Below, piece by piece: positions 41,759-51,701 of a DNA stretch of 64,000 nucleotides (its first letter is position 1; the number at the start of each line of letters is the position of its first letter). The stretch is from an uncultured Chlamydiae bacterium. Its GTDB lineage: Bacteria; Chlamydiota; Chlamydiia; Chlamydiales; SM23-39. The notes beneath the pieces are model-generated. The model did no database searches and was not told where the DNA came from. It worked only from the letters and a program-made list of their open reading frames with translations. The stretch lies in assembly GCA_963730605.1 (NCBI GenBank), contig CAVSSM010000007.1, positions 166,806 to 230,805 on the forward strand, in the 5' to 3' direction. A program made the translations under genes and the position numbers.

Positions 41759-42482
41759 GAATTATCACCATTTTTCGTTTCGAAGAGGAGGAAGATCCGA
41801 TTTTCTAGGTCAATATCTTTGCCTTTCAATCCGAGGATCTCAGATTTTCGAGCGCCTGTCGTTAGGGCGATGAGAAAAATAAGATGCAGGTCTTTGTTTT
41901 GGCTTCGTTTGCACTCTTCTGTAAGCCGAACGAGTTCTTCTCTGCTGAGATAGCGGACTCGGCCAAGCGGAGATTTGGACTTTCGCACTTTGATGCAGGG
42001 ATTCTCGTTCATCCATTGCCATTCGCGCACAGCGGTGGTTAAGACATGAGAGAAGCTTGTCAAGTATCTCGAGACGGTACTGTTCGAGCGCAATTGGTTT
42101 GGACGGATGTTTTCGCCAAGCATCCGATCGCGCACCTCGGCAATGATCGATGGATTGAGGCGGCTTAGTTTTAAATGGCCGAGTTCTGTTTCCCAGCGAT
42201 TGAGGTGCCGTGCTACGTTTTCTCCATCATTGGTTTTATGGGGAGGATCTCCTTTCGATAACGACGGATAGCGTCGGCGATGGTGTATTGATCAGCCTTC
42301 AGGAAGCTGACGTAGAGCCCCTTTTCGATTTGGCCTTCAGTGACCCGTTTCCACTGCTTGGCATGGATAAGGCTTTTAAAATTTTTTGATACGGGCTTAT
42401 GTCCTTTGATTCGGATGCGGACTCTGTATCGATAAGTGCCGTCATCGAGGGGTAGGCGGTCAATGCCTGGCGGAATGTTCAT
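41759..42482 (-). pseudogene. Tyrosine integrase of a second family, C-terminally truncated and frameshifted
   Basis: YRYRVRIRIKGHK, STVSRY, GRVRYLS, TTGARKSEIL, ETKNG; HxxR and catalytic Tyr absent. Confidence 0.82.
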
Positions 42483-42636
42483 GGCGTCTCCTTGCGTCTG
42501 TTTTTTCAAAGAGTTAGCCATGCAATTGATTGCCCTCCGATGTTGGCTTTTGGAGTTTAGTGGTCAGCCAGTGGACATTTGAGTTTAGCAAACATTTTAG
42601 TGAGTGCCAATTATTTCCTTACGTCTATGACTTTTA

Positions 42637-43553
42637 GGAGCCTATCCCCTACTCATTAACCTAATCCAAACAAAACACATTCTCTCACCCAGTAAAGTAA
42701 TACGCCGAGCATCAAAAAACCTTCCCAATATCTCATTCTTCTTTCCCATCGCACAACCAATCGTCGGTATTTTCGTTGTAACCACGAGATTCCTCGCTCC
42801 ACTTTCCATCGGTGGTTTTCTAGGACTTTCGTTTGTTGTTCCGCGTTGTCCCGTCCCATTCTTCAGTGAGGGATATACGGAAATAACTTCATCGCCAAAA
42901 TTTGCAACCGCAATTCTTCCGCATCATACCCCTTATCTGCTTCCACGATCGGTGTTATTCCGCGTGCTACGAGAGGCTTTAGCCACCCGCTGATTTTTTT
43001 TTATCAGGGGAATCACCTCCTTTCGTTCATCACCGGCAGCCCCCGTACTTGTGGTCCTAAGAGGTTGACCTAAACCGTCGACAAGCAGGTGAGTGGTAAC
43101 GCCTTTTCCTTTGTAACCATGGTCTACTTTTTCTCCGCCTCCCTTCCCAGCAGAAAAAAAACCATCAATTGCCAATCGGGTTAAATCGATCATTTTCCAC
43201 TCCAGACAAACTTCCTGCAATGCAGCGAGTACGCGCTCTAGAATTCCATTCTCTTTCCACAATCCCAGATATCGATGTGCACAAGATTTCGACGCCCATT
43301 GTTCACCGGTCGGCACGTCGCACCAACGCGCTCCGGTTGTCAGCACCCAAATCAAGGTATTGAGAACTTTTCTTGGATGCATTGGTTGCGTTCCGCTTAC
43401 TGCTATTCCCCACGGATAAGGAATCAACGGCTCTATAACAGCCCATTCATGATCGTTAAGTCCTACGAACTTGCCCATCGATACAACTCCTTTAAAATCA
43501 GGGCAAATACGGTATCGCATAAAGAATTTATTTAACAAGGAGGGATAGGCTCC
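42637..43553 (-). mobile_element. IS5-family element (frameshifted transposase)
   Basis: TIR GGAGCCTATCCC; TA flanks; LNDHEW..., GARWCDVP, AIDG, ADKGYD, RWKVER.ISWLQRKYRRL. Confidence 0.9.
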
Positions 43554-43776
43554 TATAAGCGCAATGCCAGATCAACCATAATGGAATCAGTCCGGCAATC
43601 GCATAAGTTAAAGGCTCAATAAGTGCATCCTCTGAGATTGAAATACGCGTCGATAAAAAAGAAAAAAATGCAAACAGCGCAAGTGGGTAAAAAATGAGAA
43701 AGCTGGCCGTAGAAAACAGCCAATGCTTGCGGATTCTATTTTCACAATTATTCGCTATACTGCTTGGCATGCTCAT
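43554..43776 (-). pseudogene. Membrane protein truncated by IS5
   Basis: Two hydrophobic segments; ORF runs into the IS5 TIR. Confidence 0.55.
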
Positions 43777-43972
43777 TAAAAGTCCTCTTGAAATTCCATA
43801 ATTTAAAACATATGTACTGTTTAAATTAAATATTTTAATGAATGTTAAAAATCGTTATTCATTTAATTGTCGCGTGAATAATATCAGTTAACTAGATTTA
43901 AAGTCTTTAGATCTTACGTCTCTAGATGCTGAAGCTTTAGACGCATAGCCTTTCCTTATTTAGGAAGAGGGT

Positions 43973-44236
43973 ATGGGTAAGCGAAAAGTCATTAAGCCAA
44001 AAAATGTTAGGCCGAAGGAGCGTAAAACAAGTCTTCAGATCTCCTTCGGGAAAATTATAAGAACGGCGAGGTTAGAAAAAGGGTTGTCGCAAGAGGAGTT
44101 GGCGGATCTATCTGAGCTTCATTTTACGTACGTCAGCTCTGTAGAAAGGGGCGAGAGGAATATTTCTATCGAGAACATAGCCCGATTGGCAAAAGCTTTA
44201 GGATGTCAACTTAAAGATTTAATGCCGACGATCTAG
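43973..44236 (+). CDS. XRE-family HTH regulator
   Basis: LSQEELADLSELHFTYVSSVERGERNISIENI. Confidence 0.9.
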   Translation: MGKRKVIKPKNVRPKERKTSLQISFGKIIRTARLEKGLSQEELADLSELHFTYVSSVERGERNISIENIARLAKALGCQLKDLMPTI

Positions 44237-44571
44237 AGACCAGAGACTGCGATGCAACCTCGGCCGGAGAAGATATTTTGTCTGCGGGGTTTTCTGACTC
44301 TAATTTCTACTTTACACCCCAGAATGGCGAGATAATGGAGGAGAGTATCTGTGCTGAATTCAGAGAGATGCCCATTCACTAGCATAGAGACTTTGGATTG
44401 TTTAATTCCGAGGTTTTTAGCGACTTCGTGCTGGGTAAGTCCACTTTTCTCAATGAGATCGCCGACTTCGTCTAAGAGTTCGGATCTTGCAACGAGCTCG
44501 TCAGCATCTTTTCTTCCAATAGCGGCAAAAATATTACCTTCATCGACTTCGTATTCAGCTTCTTTAGTCAT
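44233..44571 (-). CDS. HTH antitoxin (HigA-like, HTH_37)
   Basis: GNIFAAIG..DADEL...LTQ.EVA..LGIKQSKVS.L..G.LS.FS; overlaps the toxin stop. Confidence 0.82.
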   Translation of the reverse strand: MTKEAEYEVDEGNIFAAIGRKDADELVARSELLDEVGDLIEKSGLTQHEVAKNLGIKQSKVSMLVNGHLSEFSTDTLLHYLAILGCKVEIRVRKPRRQNIFSGRGCIAVSGL

Positions 44572-44951
44572 TTTTTGCCTCTTTTTTCTTTCCATTCTCT
44601 ATATATGATCTCTGCGAGCTTAATCCTCGAATGGATGAGCTCTTTGTCTTGCTTTGGTGTCTGAATCCCTTTTTTGCTCTTCTTCTGAAAAGCATGGAGG
44701 ATGACGACTACCTCAGCATATCTGACGGTGTACACAGCTCGGAATGTACCGTCAGCGTTGTCTTTCCAAAGTTCCATTACTTGGCCCCCTCCGAATCCAC
44801 TCAATGGTTTCGCATTTTTGGGGACTTTTCCTTTTTGCACTTGGAAGAGCCAGTGTCCGAAGTCGTTCACCACATCTTCGGGCATTTCTACGAAATCTCG
44901 CTTTGACGAAGCCACCCAAAGGAGGGGGCGCAAGTCAGCTGTTTCATTCAT
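44568..44951 (-). CDS. Gp49/RelE-like (HigB-type) toxin
   Basis: KPLSGFGG..VMEL....GTFRAVYTV....VILHAFQKKSKKG..TP. Confidence 0.88.
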   Translation of the reverse strand: MNETADLRPLLWVASSKRDFVEMPEDVVNDFGHWLFQVQKGKVPKNAKPLSGFGGGQVMELWKDNADGTFRAVYTVRYAEVVVILHAFQKKSKKGIQTPKQDKELIHSRIKLAEIIYREWKEKRGKK

Positions 44952-45041
44952 TATCTACCTCAAATTATATCAATATCGTGATATTTTTGCTACTCTCTCT
45001 TATTCGACTGTATTTCAAAAGGTTATGTTCATCAAGGAGGT

Positions 45042-45614
45042 TTATGCCTCGCCTGAAACCTCAATTTTGGCTTCTTTTAGCACCCGATAAACGGAGGCTT
45101 CTCCAATATCTAGCCGTTCGGCCACTTTCTTGCGGGTGATGCGGGTTTCACAGAGCCTGAGCACTTCATCGATGACATCTTGGGATAAGGGTTTCCTTCC
45201 CTTGAATTTCCCTTCGGCTTTTGCCTTAGCGATCCCTTCACGCTGTCTTTCGAGCATGATTTCCCTCTCAAACTGCCCGATAGCGCCGAGCATCGTGAGC
45301 ATGAGCTTCCCAGTGGGGGTATTTGTGTCGATCCCGAGGTTGAGAATGCGCAAGGAAACTCGTTTTTTCTCCAACAGTTGCACGATCGATAATAGATCAG
45401 CTACGGAGCGGGCCAATCTGTCGAGCTTCGCAACGACAAGGACATCGCCCTCTCGAACGAAATCTATGGCAGCATTGAGCTGTTCTCGTTCTGCTACTGA
45501 AGAAATTTGTTCTTGGTAAATTTTATTGCAACCAGCTGCCTGCAATTCTTTGATTTGTGCTTCTAATCCAGCAGTTTGCTCGATAGTGGAGGTTCTAGCG
45601 TATCCGACGATCAT
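45042..45614 (-). CDS. Serine resolvase/invertase
   Basis: VGYARTST.EQ, DVLVVAKLDRLARS, ERQREGIAKAK..G...GRK, C-terminal HTH. Confidence 0.95.
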   Translation of the reverse strand: MIVGYARTSTIEQTAGLEAQIKELQAAGCNKIYQEQISSVAEREQLNAAIDFVREGDVLVVAKLDRLARSVADLLSIVQLLEKKRVSLRILNLGIDTNTPTGKLMLTMLGAIGQFEREIMLERQREGIAKAKAEGKFKGRKPLSQDVIDEVLRLCETRITRKKVAERLDIGEASVYRVLKEAKIEVSGEA

Positions 45615-45725
45615 ATCTATCACACAAGTTTAAGAGGTTCGATAGGTTTTCTATCTTAAAACAAATCATGAGTTAAATGATAGAGAATTTGTCTCTATCT
45701 TTAGAGCCCTGCCCTATTGATAGAC
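45615..45725. promoter_or_regulatory. res site with three subsites
   Basis: Three CTATC-N(19-23)-GATAG inverted pairs immediately upstream of the resolvase. Confidence 0.75.
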
Positions 45726-46000
45726 TTCTTGGGGTTCAATGACTCTCTCCGTGGCTCGTTCCAATATTTTTCGTAGATGATCAGCAGAAGGGTGGTTATA
45801 CGTCTGGGAAGAACGCACGTCTTGATGATTAGTGATTTTCATAGCATCGAGAACGGTAGCTCCCGATTCGGCTAAAAGTGTTCTGCAGGTATGTCGAAGA
45901 GAATGGAACACAACGCCGGCTCTTTTGAGGTTCGCTCTTTTCAGGGCAAAGTTAAATGCGGTAGTGATATCTATGGGACGTTTATTTAGGCGGGGGAATA
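45714..46000 (-). pseudogene. Tyrosine integrase C-terminal fragment
   Basis: DITTAFNFALKRA...FHSLRHT...ITNH.D....Y; cut by an IS3 end. Confidence 0.8.
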
Positions 46001-46043
46001 TGAGGTGGACCCAATCGACTGGACAACTTTTTAGGCTAAACTA
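46001..46043. mobile_element. Solo IS3 end
   Basis: Identical to 8577-8619. Confidence 0.85.
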
Positions 46044-47239
46044 GTACCTGACCACAAAAGTTTTCATGGGTAGAGCCTCTTCATTTTCACTCGCGCATCT
46101 GGGATAGCAAATCCCCAAAGGATCTTTGCCCGTCTAGCATTTCTATCTGATACATAAGCGGCCACCTCTCTACCGAGAACTTCTTTTGAGCCTATTCGCC
46201 TTTTGAGGCACTGACCGCCAAGAACAGAAATTTCAATCTCTGCCATGTTCAACCAACTTGCATGTTTTGGCGTATGGCGCACCTCTAATTTCTTAATGAT
46301 CCTCCTGGCTTCTTCGGGCTCAAACGTCTCGTAGAGATTAGCCAGTCGATGCGTATTCAAATTGTCCATGACAACCCTAATTTTTTCTGCCTCGGGAAAA
46401 TGTTTGTCCACCAGATCCTTCATGCACTCGGCAAAATCTTTTTTTGTTCTCTGGTCTGTGACTTTTATTTCCCGCCAGCCTCCCAAGGGCTGTACAAAAA
46501 CAAAGAGGTTGCTTGTTCCATTCCTTTCGTACTCATAATCTCGGCGTTTGACTCTCCCTGGCACTGCGGCAATTGGCGCCAACACATCATCTACCAATTG
46601 GACTGGTGTTTCATCAAAACACACAACGGGTTTCTTTTCGTTCAGCGGCTCCTCATATAAATCTAAAACATCTTCCATCCGACAAATATACTCGTAATCC
46701 ACTTCTGGAACACACCAACTCTTTACTTGCCATGGCTTTATTTCGTTTTTTTTAATGTTCTGCGAACCGTTTCGTCCGATATGGAATCTGTCAACTCTAG
46801 CGTAATGCAACGATCCGCAAGTAGCTGCATTGTCCAGCAGGCGCGTCCTTCGGGCGCCTCGCTGCAAGCAAGCGCGATTAAATGGGCTTTAGCCTTTCCA
46901 ACCATCTTCTCCGGTCTTCCGGATCGCGCTTTTTCATTGAGTGATTGTTGTAGCCCGTGTTCACAGTAGGCTTTTCTTGTATTGTAAACGCTCACCTCGC
47001 TGCACCGTAGCAAAGAGGCAATCTCTTTATCTGGTTTCTTCTCATCAGCGAATAACAGAGTTTGCGCTCTTCTGATAATCCGCGCGGATGACTTCCCTTT
47101 TCTAACAATGTCCTCGAGTTCGCTGCGCACCTCAACTGTGAGATGAACGGACCATTTTTTGTTCATAGCTGCCTCCAAATGAAAGGCATATATGGAACAC
47201 TATTCAAACATTTTTTTAAAAACTTTTGTGGTCAGGTAC
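46044..47239 (-). mobile_element. IS630-family element C, copy 2
   Basis: Same length, TIRs and ORF translations as 17527-18722; CTAG target. Confidence 0.95.
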
Positions 47240-47358
47240 TAGAGCGCAAGCTATATCGGCGCTGAACAGTCGAAGGTAAGGCTTGTAGTAGGAAAAAAAC
47301 TTTCTATCTCGAGAATTCACAAAATTCCTCTACGCAATCGGCTATCATGCAACATCTT

Positions 47359-48426
47359 TCATCCAATGAATTCGATTGTTTTGGTTTTAGTATTAATTCT
47401 TATCCTACCGCCATTGGGAAGAATCATTTGAGGATCGGTATGCCCAAAGTTCATGTTGAAAATGACGGGGATAGAGGTGCCATAGTCCTTCAATGCAGCT
47501 GTAATGGCATTTTGTTGATTCTGGATAAAGGTTTCTCTTCCCTCGGGAGGAAAGTGTCCACAGAATTGGGCTTTGGGGAAACCCACAAGAATGGCTTGGA
47601 ATTGTTTTAGGAGTCCTATTTCTGCAAGCGAGGCGATAAAGCGATAGACAAATCCACTGGAAGGCATTTCTTCGGATGTTTCTATAAAGAGAATCGTATC
47701 GTTGAGGGTTTGAGGCGAGGGGATAAATCGTTGAATTCCCAAATGGAAATGAAGGACTTCAAGACATCCTCCCCAAAGCCTGCCCTCAATGATCCGATCT
47801 TGAGGCTCGTGCCAATGCCAGCCATCCGATGGATACATGGGACGATTTTTATGTAAATTTTGCTTATCTGACCAATCTAAATCTGCATCGCTGTATACAG
47901 GCGAAGAAACGACCAGCCCAATCGAAGAATGAAATAGAGCCTTTTGGATCGAATGAATTGTGTATTCATGCATTTCCTTCCCCATGGCAAATTGGGTCAT
48001 AATAGCACCGCCATAATAAGAGATAATGCCAAGGTTCCACAGGACAAGATGAAGGTTGGTGTTATCGCTGTAGCCCATGAAAATTTTCGGATTTGCCTGT
48101 ATGATCTTTTTATCCAAGAAAGGCAGAATTTTTACCTGATCATTTCCTCCGATTGTTGCGATAATTCCTTTAATCGATGGGTCGGCAAAGGCTCTATTAA
48201 TATCATCTGCTCGTGCTTTGGGGTTTTGAGACAAAAATTCGGGGGATTTGCGAGCTGTTGAAAATTCTACGGGCTCCAGTTCAAAAACTTCTTTCAGCCT
48301 TCGTAAGCCTTGTTCATATACCCAAGGAAATAGGAAGGGCATTCCAGAAGAAGGAGAAACCACGGCGATTTTGTCTTTGGGTTTTAACGGATGGGGTTTA
48401 TGAAATTCCATAGGGCATGGTGTCAT
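47359..48426 (-). CDS. S66 peptidase (LD-carboxypeptidase/MccF-like)
   Basis: IAVVSPSS, IGGND, GYSDNT, WGGCLE, ETSEE, FGHTDP. Confidence 0.92.
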   Translation of the reverse strand: MTPCPMEFHKPHPLKPKDKIAVVSPSSGMPFLFPWVYEQGLRRLKEVFELEPVEFSTARKSPEFLSQNPKARADDINRAFADPSIKGIIATIGGNDQVKILPFLDKKIIQANPKIFMGYSDNTNLHLVLWNLGIISYYGGAIMTQFAMGKEMHEYTIHSIQKALFHSSIGLVVSSPVYSDADLDWSDKQNLHKNRPMYPSDGWHWHEPQDRIIEGRLWGGCLEVLHFHLGIQRFIPSPQTLNDTILFIETSEEMPSSGFVYRFIASLAEIGLLKQFQAILVGFPKAQFCGHFPPEGRETFIQNQQNAITAALKDYGTSIPVIFNMNFGHTDPQMILPNGGRIRINTKTKTIEFIG

Positions 48427-49523
48427 AAATGCTTCCCCAGCGCTCGATCATTTGGATGTGTAGGCTCTCCATCGGGATTGTTGAATGGCATCTCTATGTA
48501 CCCGAGCTTTTTGTAAAAAAGATAGGCATCTGGTGAGGCTTCTGTTTGGAGAAGTACCACGCCCAGCTTTTTGAGCGCTTCCTCGCAATAATCCATCAAA
48601 TATTTTCCTATGCCACCGCCACGCCTTTGCTCATCGATGACTATAATACGCAAAGCCGCCCTATGTTCTGGCCAGATTTGTACATGGGCATAGCCAATAA
48701 CCTTGCCATCTTCATACAAAAGCCAGTGGAGATGATCCTTTCGATCTAAAGTCCAAGCGTATTGAGCATTCCATGTTGCTGGAGGAGGATCTAATCGCTG
48801 CGGGAGAGGATGAGTATCACGCTTTTTAAAGACTTTTTGCAATGCGCGAAGCATCTCATCGGGCTTGGGGGTTTTCATGTTCAGTAGAAGAACCATATCG
48901 ATCAGATCCTTTGGGCGGGAATTGACTTTCTGACCGCGAAGCAGGGTGTAGGTGTGTAGTTTTTCGGCGAATTGTTGCTCGATTGAAATCATGGGAATAA
49001 TCGGTGCGGGGACTCCGCAGAATTCGAGCCAGTTCGACCCTTGGATGGTCTCGACTTGATCGAGAAGAAAATCGGCGCCTACATCCAACCGGAAGCGGAC
49101 ATAGAGTTTTTTATCGACCAGGGCTGAGACCGGATATCGGGCACCTCCATAAGGAGCGTTTTCCAGATCGATTTGCGCTTCTCCAACTTGGTAGATGAAG
49201 TGATCGTTCAGATCCCGCTCCGCTAGATCCCGAAGATCGTGCAAGATCAGCGCACTGATAAGTTCGCTCTCTTTTTTAACTCGTCGCACAAAGGTGAGGT
49301 CGATGTCTTTCGTTGCTCGGGCATGAGCGAGGCGCAATTCCATTGCGTAGCCGCCCTTGAGGTAAAACCCTGGTTTCTCTCGAGAGAAAATCCGCGCTAG
49401 AAAACGATCGAACGCGACTTTGCGGCGAAGGCGCTGCAAGTCGACTTTGGTTTCGGCAGCGAGCCCCTGAAGGCGGGCTTCAAGACTTTTACGGAAATCA
49501 GTAGCGCTTTTGAATTTTATGCT
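48423..49523 (-). CDS. AbiEii/AbiGii nucleotidyltransferase toxin fused to a C-terminal GNAT domain
   Basis: LKGGYAMELR...RATKDIDL, AEKLH, SRPKDLID; then GYAH...LRIIVIDEQRRGGGIG...FYKKLGY. Start is approximate. Confidence 0.85.
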   Translation of the reverse strand, partial: SIKFKSATDFRKSLEARLQGLAAETKVDLQRLRRKVAFDRFLARIFSREKPGFYLKGGYAMELRLAHARATKDIDLTFVRRVKKESELISALILHDLRDLAERDLNDHFIYQVGEAQIDLENAPYGGARYPVSALVDKKLYVRFRLDVGADFLLDQVETIQGSNWLEFCGVPAPIIPMISIEQQFAEKLHTYTLLRGQKVNSRPKDLIDMVLLLNMKTPKPDEMLRALQKVFKKRDTHPLPQRLDPPPATWNAQYAWTLDRKDHLHWLLYEDGKVIGYAHVQIWPEHRAALRIIVIDEQRRGGGIGKYLMDYCEEALKKLGVVLLQTEASPDAYLFYKKLGYIEMPFNNPDGEPTHPNDRALGKHL

Positions 49524-50106
49524 TATGGACATAAAGATCTCTATATTGTTTTAATTGAGGATGAGAGGTTTTATTCAAATCTTGAAGAGTCAAATTCCCT
49601 TTCCTAAGGCCATCTCGAATGGCTTGTTCGATTTGTTCTTGAGGAACGATTCTCTCATCGATCACATCGATCAGAGTGCGTAGAGGCGTAGTCACTTGGT
49701 AGCCTTGCCAAGTTTCTCTATCGGTTTTGGCTAGAGTCGCAAAATGGAGTTTGAGATGTTTGGGAATTGCGATTCGCTTTCGAAAACGGGGAGGGACTGT
49801 CATGTGCATTTTGGAGGGCATGACATCGCTTAGCTCATGAATATCGAGAGCTGTCTCATGAGACCAGACTCCTTGAGGGTTGCCTTTTTTATCCCTGCTC
49901 CAAAGAATCCAAAGAACTAGTTCAGATCGATCGGTCAATGGGTAGCGAGCGAGACGATAGATCCCTCTAAGCAATTTGACCCATTCTCCTGAGCGAATCC
50001 TGAAATGAAAATTTGAAGTAGGGATTCCACATGCCTCAGCTTGCTGTGAAGTAAAATATCCTTGCTGTCGATCTGCTACTTCAAAGAGTTTGTCTTGCGG
50101 GTTCAT
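49498..50106 (-). CDS. AbiEi-family type IV antitoxin
   Basis: ADRQQGYFT..QA, RGIYRL, SHETAL.IHELSD.MP, VTTPLRTL.D. Confidence 0.9.
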   Translation of the reverse strand: MNPQDKLFEVADRQQGYFTSQQAEACGIPTSNFHFRIRSGEWVKLLRGIYRLARYPLTDRSELVLWILWSRDKKGNPQGVWSHETALDIHELSDVMPSKMHMTVPPRFRKRIAIPKHLKLHFATLAKTDRETWQGYQVTTPLRTLIDVIDERIVPQEQIEQAIRDGLRKGNLTLQDLNKTSHPQLKQYRDLYVHKHKIQKRY

Positions 50107-50127
50107 TCTGATTGATACCGGTTGTTG

Positions 50128-50160
50128 TACAAATACTATAGTTTCTATAGCTTTTGTGTA
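50128..50160. promoter_or_regulatory. Inverted-repeat operator upstream of abiEi
   Basis: TACAAATACTATAG-TTT-CTATAGCTTTTGTGTA; AbiEi proteins are known to autoregulate through promoter inverted repeats. Confidence 0.5.
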
Positions 50161-50253
50161 AATAGAGACATAGTAGTTGATCCATCGACCTGATCCTTAG
50201 AGTAATATGAATTGTCGTGTCATGACGCGACAATTGTAACGGGCTCATCACAA

Positions 50254-51324
50254 TTATAGAGAATTTCCTTTCAGGATTTGGTCCGAGATTTGGTTGCTGA
50301 ACTGTTTTGTGACTTCCACGTCCATATGGGTATATTGGAGGAGCATCGACAAGGTGCGGTGGCCCGTGGCTGTCTGGAGTTGAAGATTGGACGCTCCTTT
50401 TGCCGCGGCGTAGGTGCAGAAAGTGTGTCTCATGTCATGCGCCCGGCAATTAGAAATGCCGCCGCGTTTGAGGGCTTGCTGCCAGGCCTTCTTGATGTCG
50501 ACGCGGCCGAAGGCGGTCTTGCTCGCGAAGACGAGTGGCTTGAGCATATCGCGGAGGTCGCGAAGGCGCCGCAGCTCGGCTACGACGGGATCGCAGAGCG
50601 CGATGCTGCGCGGACGCCCGTTCTTGCTCTGCTTGATGTAGGCGATCTTGTTCTCGAGGTCGATGTGTTTCCATTCCAGGTTGAGGATTTCGCTCTGGCG
50701 CGCGCCGGTTGTGAGGGACAGGATGATGTAGCAATAGAGGTAGGGGGATTTGCTCGCGCGAGAGGCGGAAAGGAGGCGGGCGGTCTCGTCTTCCGTGAGG
50801 ACGCGGTCGCGGCCTGGATTCTCTTTGAGTTTGATGAGCCGAAGCGCGGGATTCTCGCTAATCCAGCGAAGATGTTGGGCCGCGTAGGTGAGAAGAGAGG
50901 AGAGGGACGCATAGTAGCGGTTCGTGGTGGACGAGGTTCGCTTGCGTCCCTTCGGGGTCGGAGTGTCGATCAGGAGCTGCCGCTCTTTCCCGAGAAGTTC
51001 GGGGGTGATGTGGACCAGGGCGTAGGCGCCTAGGCGGGTTTTCCAGTAGGCGAGGTGGCGCCTGGTGTCATCGCCGGAACGATGATGCTCCAGGGCGCCG
51101 TCTTGGGTGTAGCGATCCGTGAGTTCAGCGAAGGTGCGGATTTGGTTATGTTGGTCGAACTTGAATTGGCCAGCCTTGATCTGGCGCTCCACTCCTTGCG
51201 CCCAATCCTCAGCCTCTTGCTTCCGTTCGAAGTGATTGCAGACGGTGGGGTAGCCCTTGATGCGGACGACCGCGCGCCAGACGGTCGTGCCGTCGTCGTT
51301 TTTGCGTTTGTAAATGGATGCCAT
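50254..51324 (-). CDS. Tyrosine integrase (intact)
   Basis: TGARQSEIL, KNG, HDMRH, GH, QY catalytic residues; adjacent to att site 3. Confidence 0.95.
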   Translation of the reverse strand: MASIYKRKNDDGTTVWRAVVRIKGYPTVCNHFERKQEAEDWAQGVERQIKAGQFKFDQHNQIRTFAELTDRYTQDGALEHHRSGDDTRRHLAYWKTRLGAYALVHITPELLGKERQLLIDTPTPKGRKRTSSTTNRYYASLSSLLTYAAQHLRWISENPALRLIKLKENPGRDRVLTEDETARLLSASRASKSPYLYCYIILSLTTGARQSEILNLEWKHIDLENKIAYIKQSKNGRPRSIALCDPVVAELRRLRDLRDMLKPLVFASKTAFGRVDIKKAWQQALKRGGISNCRAHDMRHTFCTYAAAKGASNLQLQTATGHRTLSMLLQYTHMDVEVTKQFSNQISDQILKGNSL

Positions 51325-51487
51325 GATGCCAACCTTGGTTAACGGTTTTGGGTTGGATGGCGCTGCCGGTTAAGATTATTCTTCGTTGCACCGCCATTGC
51401 ACCGTCGGCATATATTTTAAACTTTTACTTGATATTCGATCAAGCTAGGTCTTGCCTAAATGCAGTGGATTGTGCTGGTTATGGAGA

Positions 51488-51537
51488 TGGGGCAACCTGG
51501 ATTTGAACCAGGGACCGACGGGTTATGAGTCCGCAGC
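51488..51537 (-). tRNA. 3' part of tRNA(CAU); att site 3
   Basis: GCTGCGGACTCATAACCCG...GTTGCCCCA; upstream sequence forms no proper D arm or acceptor 5' strand. Confidence 0.85.
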
Positions 51538-51701
51538 ACCCGCGCCACTTCCCAGCAGCTAACTCCCCGAGATCATAGCGGAAAGCCAGCCTTTCGAGCT
51601 ACTGCGAACTGTCGTCATTTATCGCACTTTTTTGTACGCCAGTGGTCCACAAATGGTCCACGGAATCAGATCGATCTATAATCGACACTTCATCTCTATT
51701 T

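Noticed and set aside
50278..51033. 251-aa plus-strand ORF and similar antisense ORFs
   Set aside because: Shadow of the GC-rich integrase gene
28488..51488. att1 and att3 exactly 23,000 bp apart
   Set aside because: Numerical coincidence with no mechanism; the two copies differ by substitutions
51488..51568. Possible full-length tRNA beginning GGGGAGTTAGCT
   Set aside because: The acceptor stem pairs only partly with TTGCCCC and no D arm forms; treated as an att fragment
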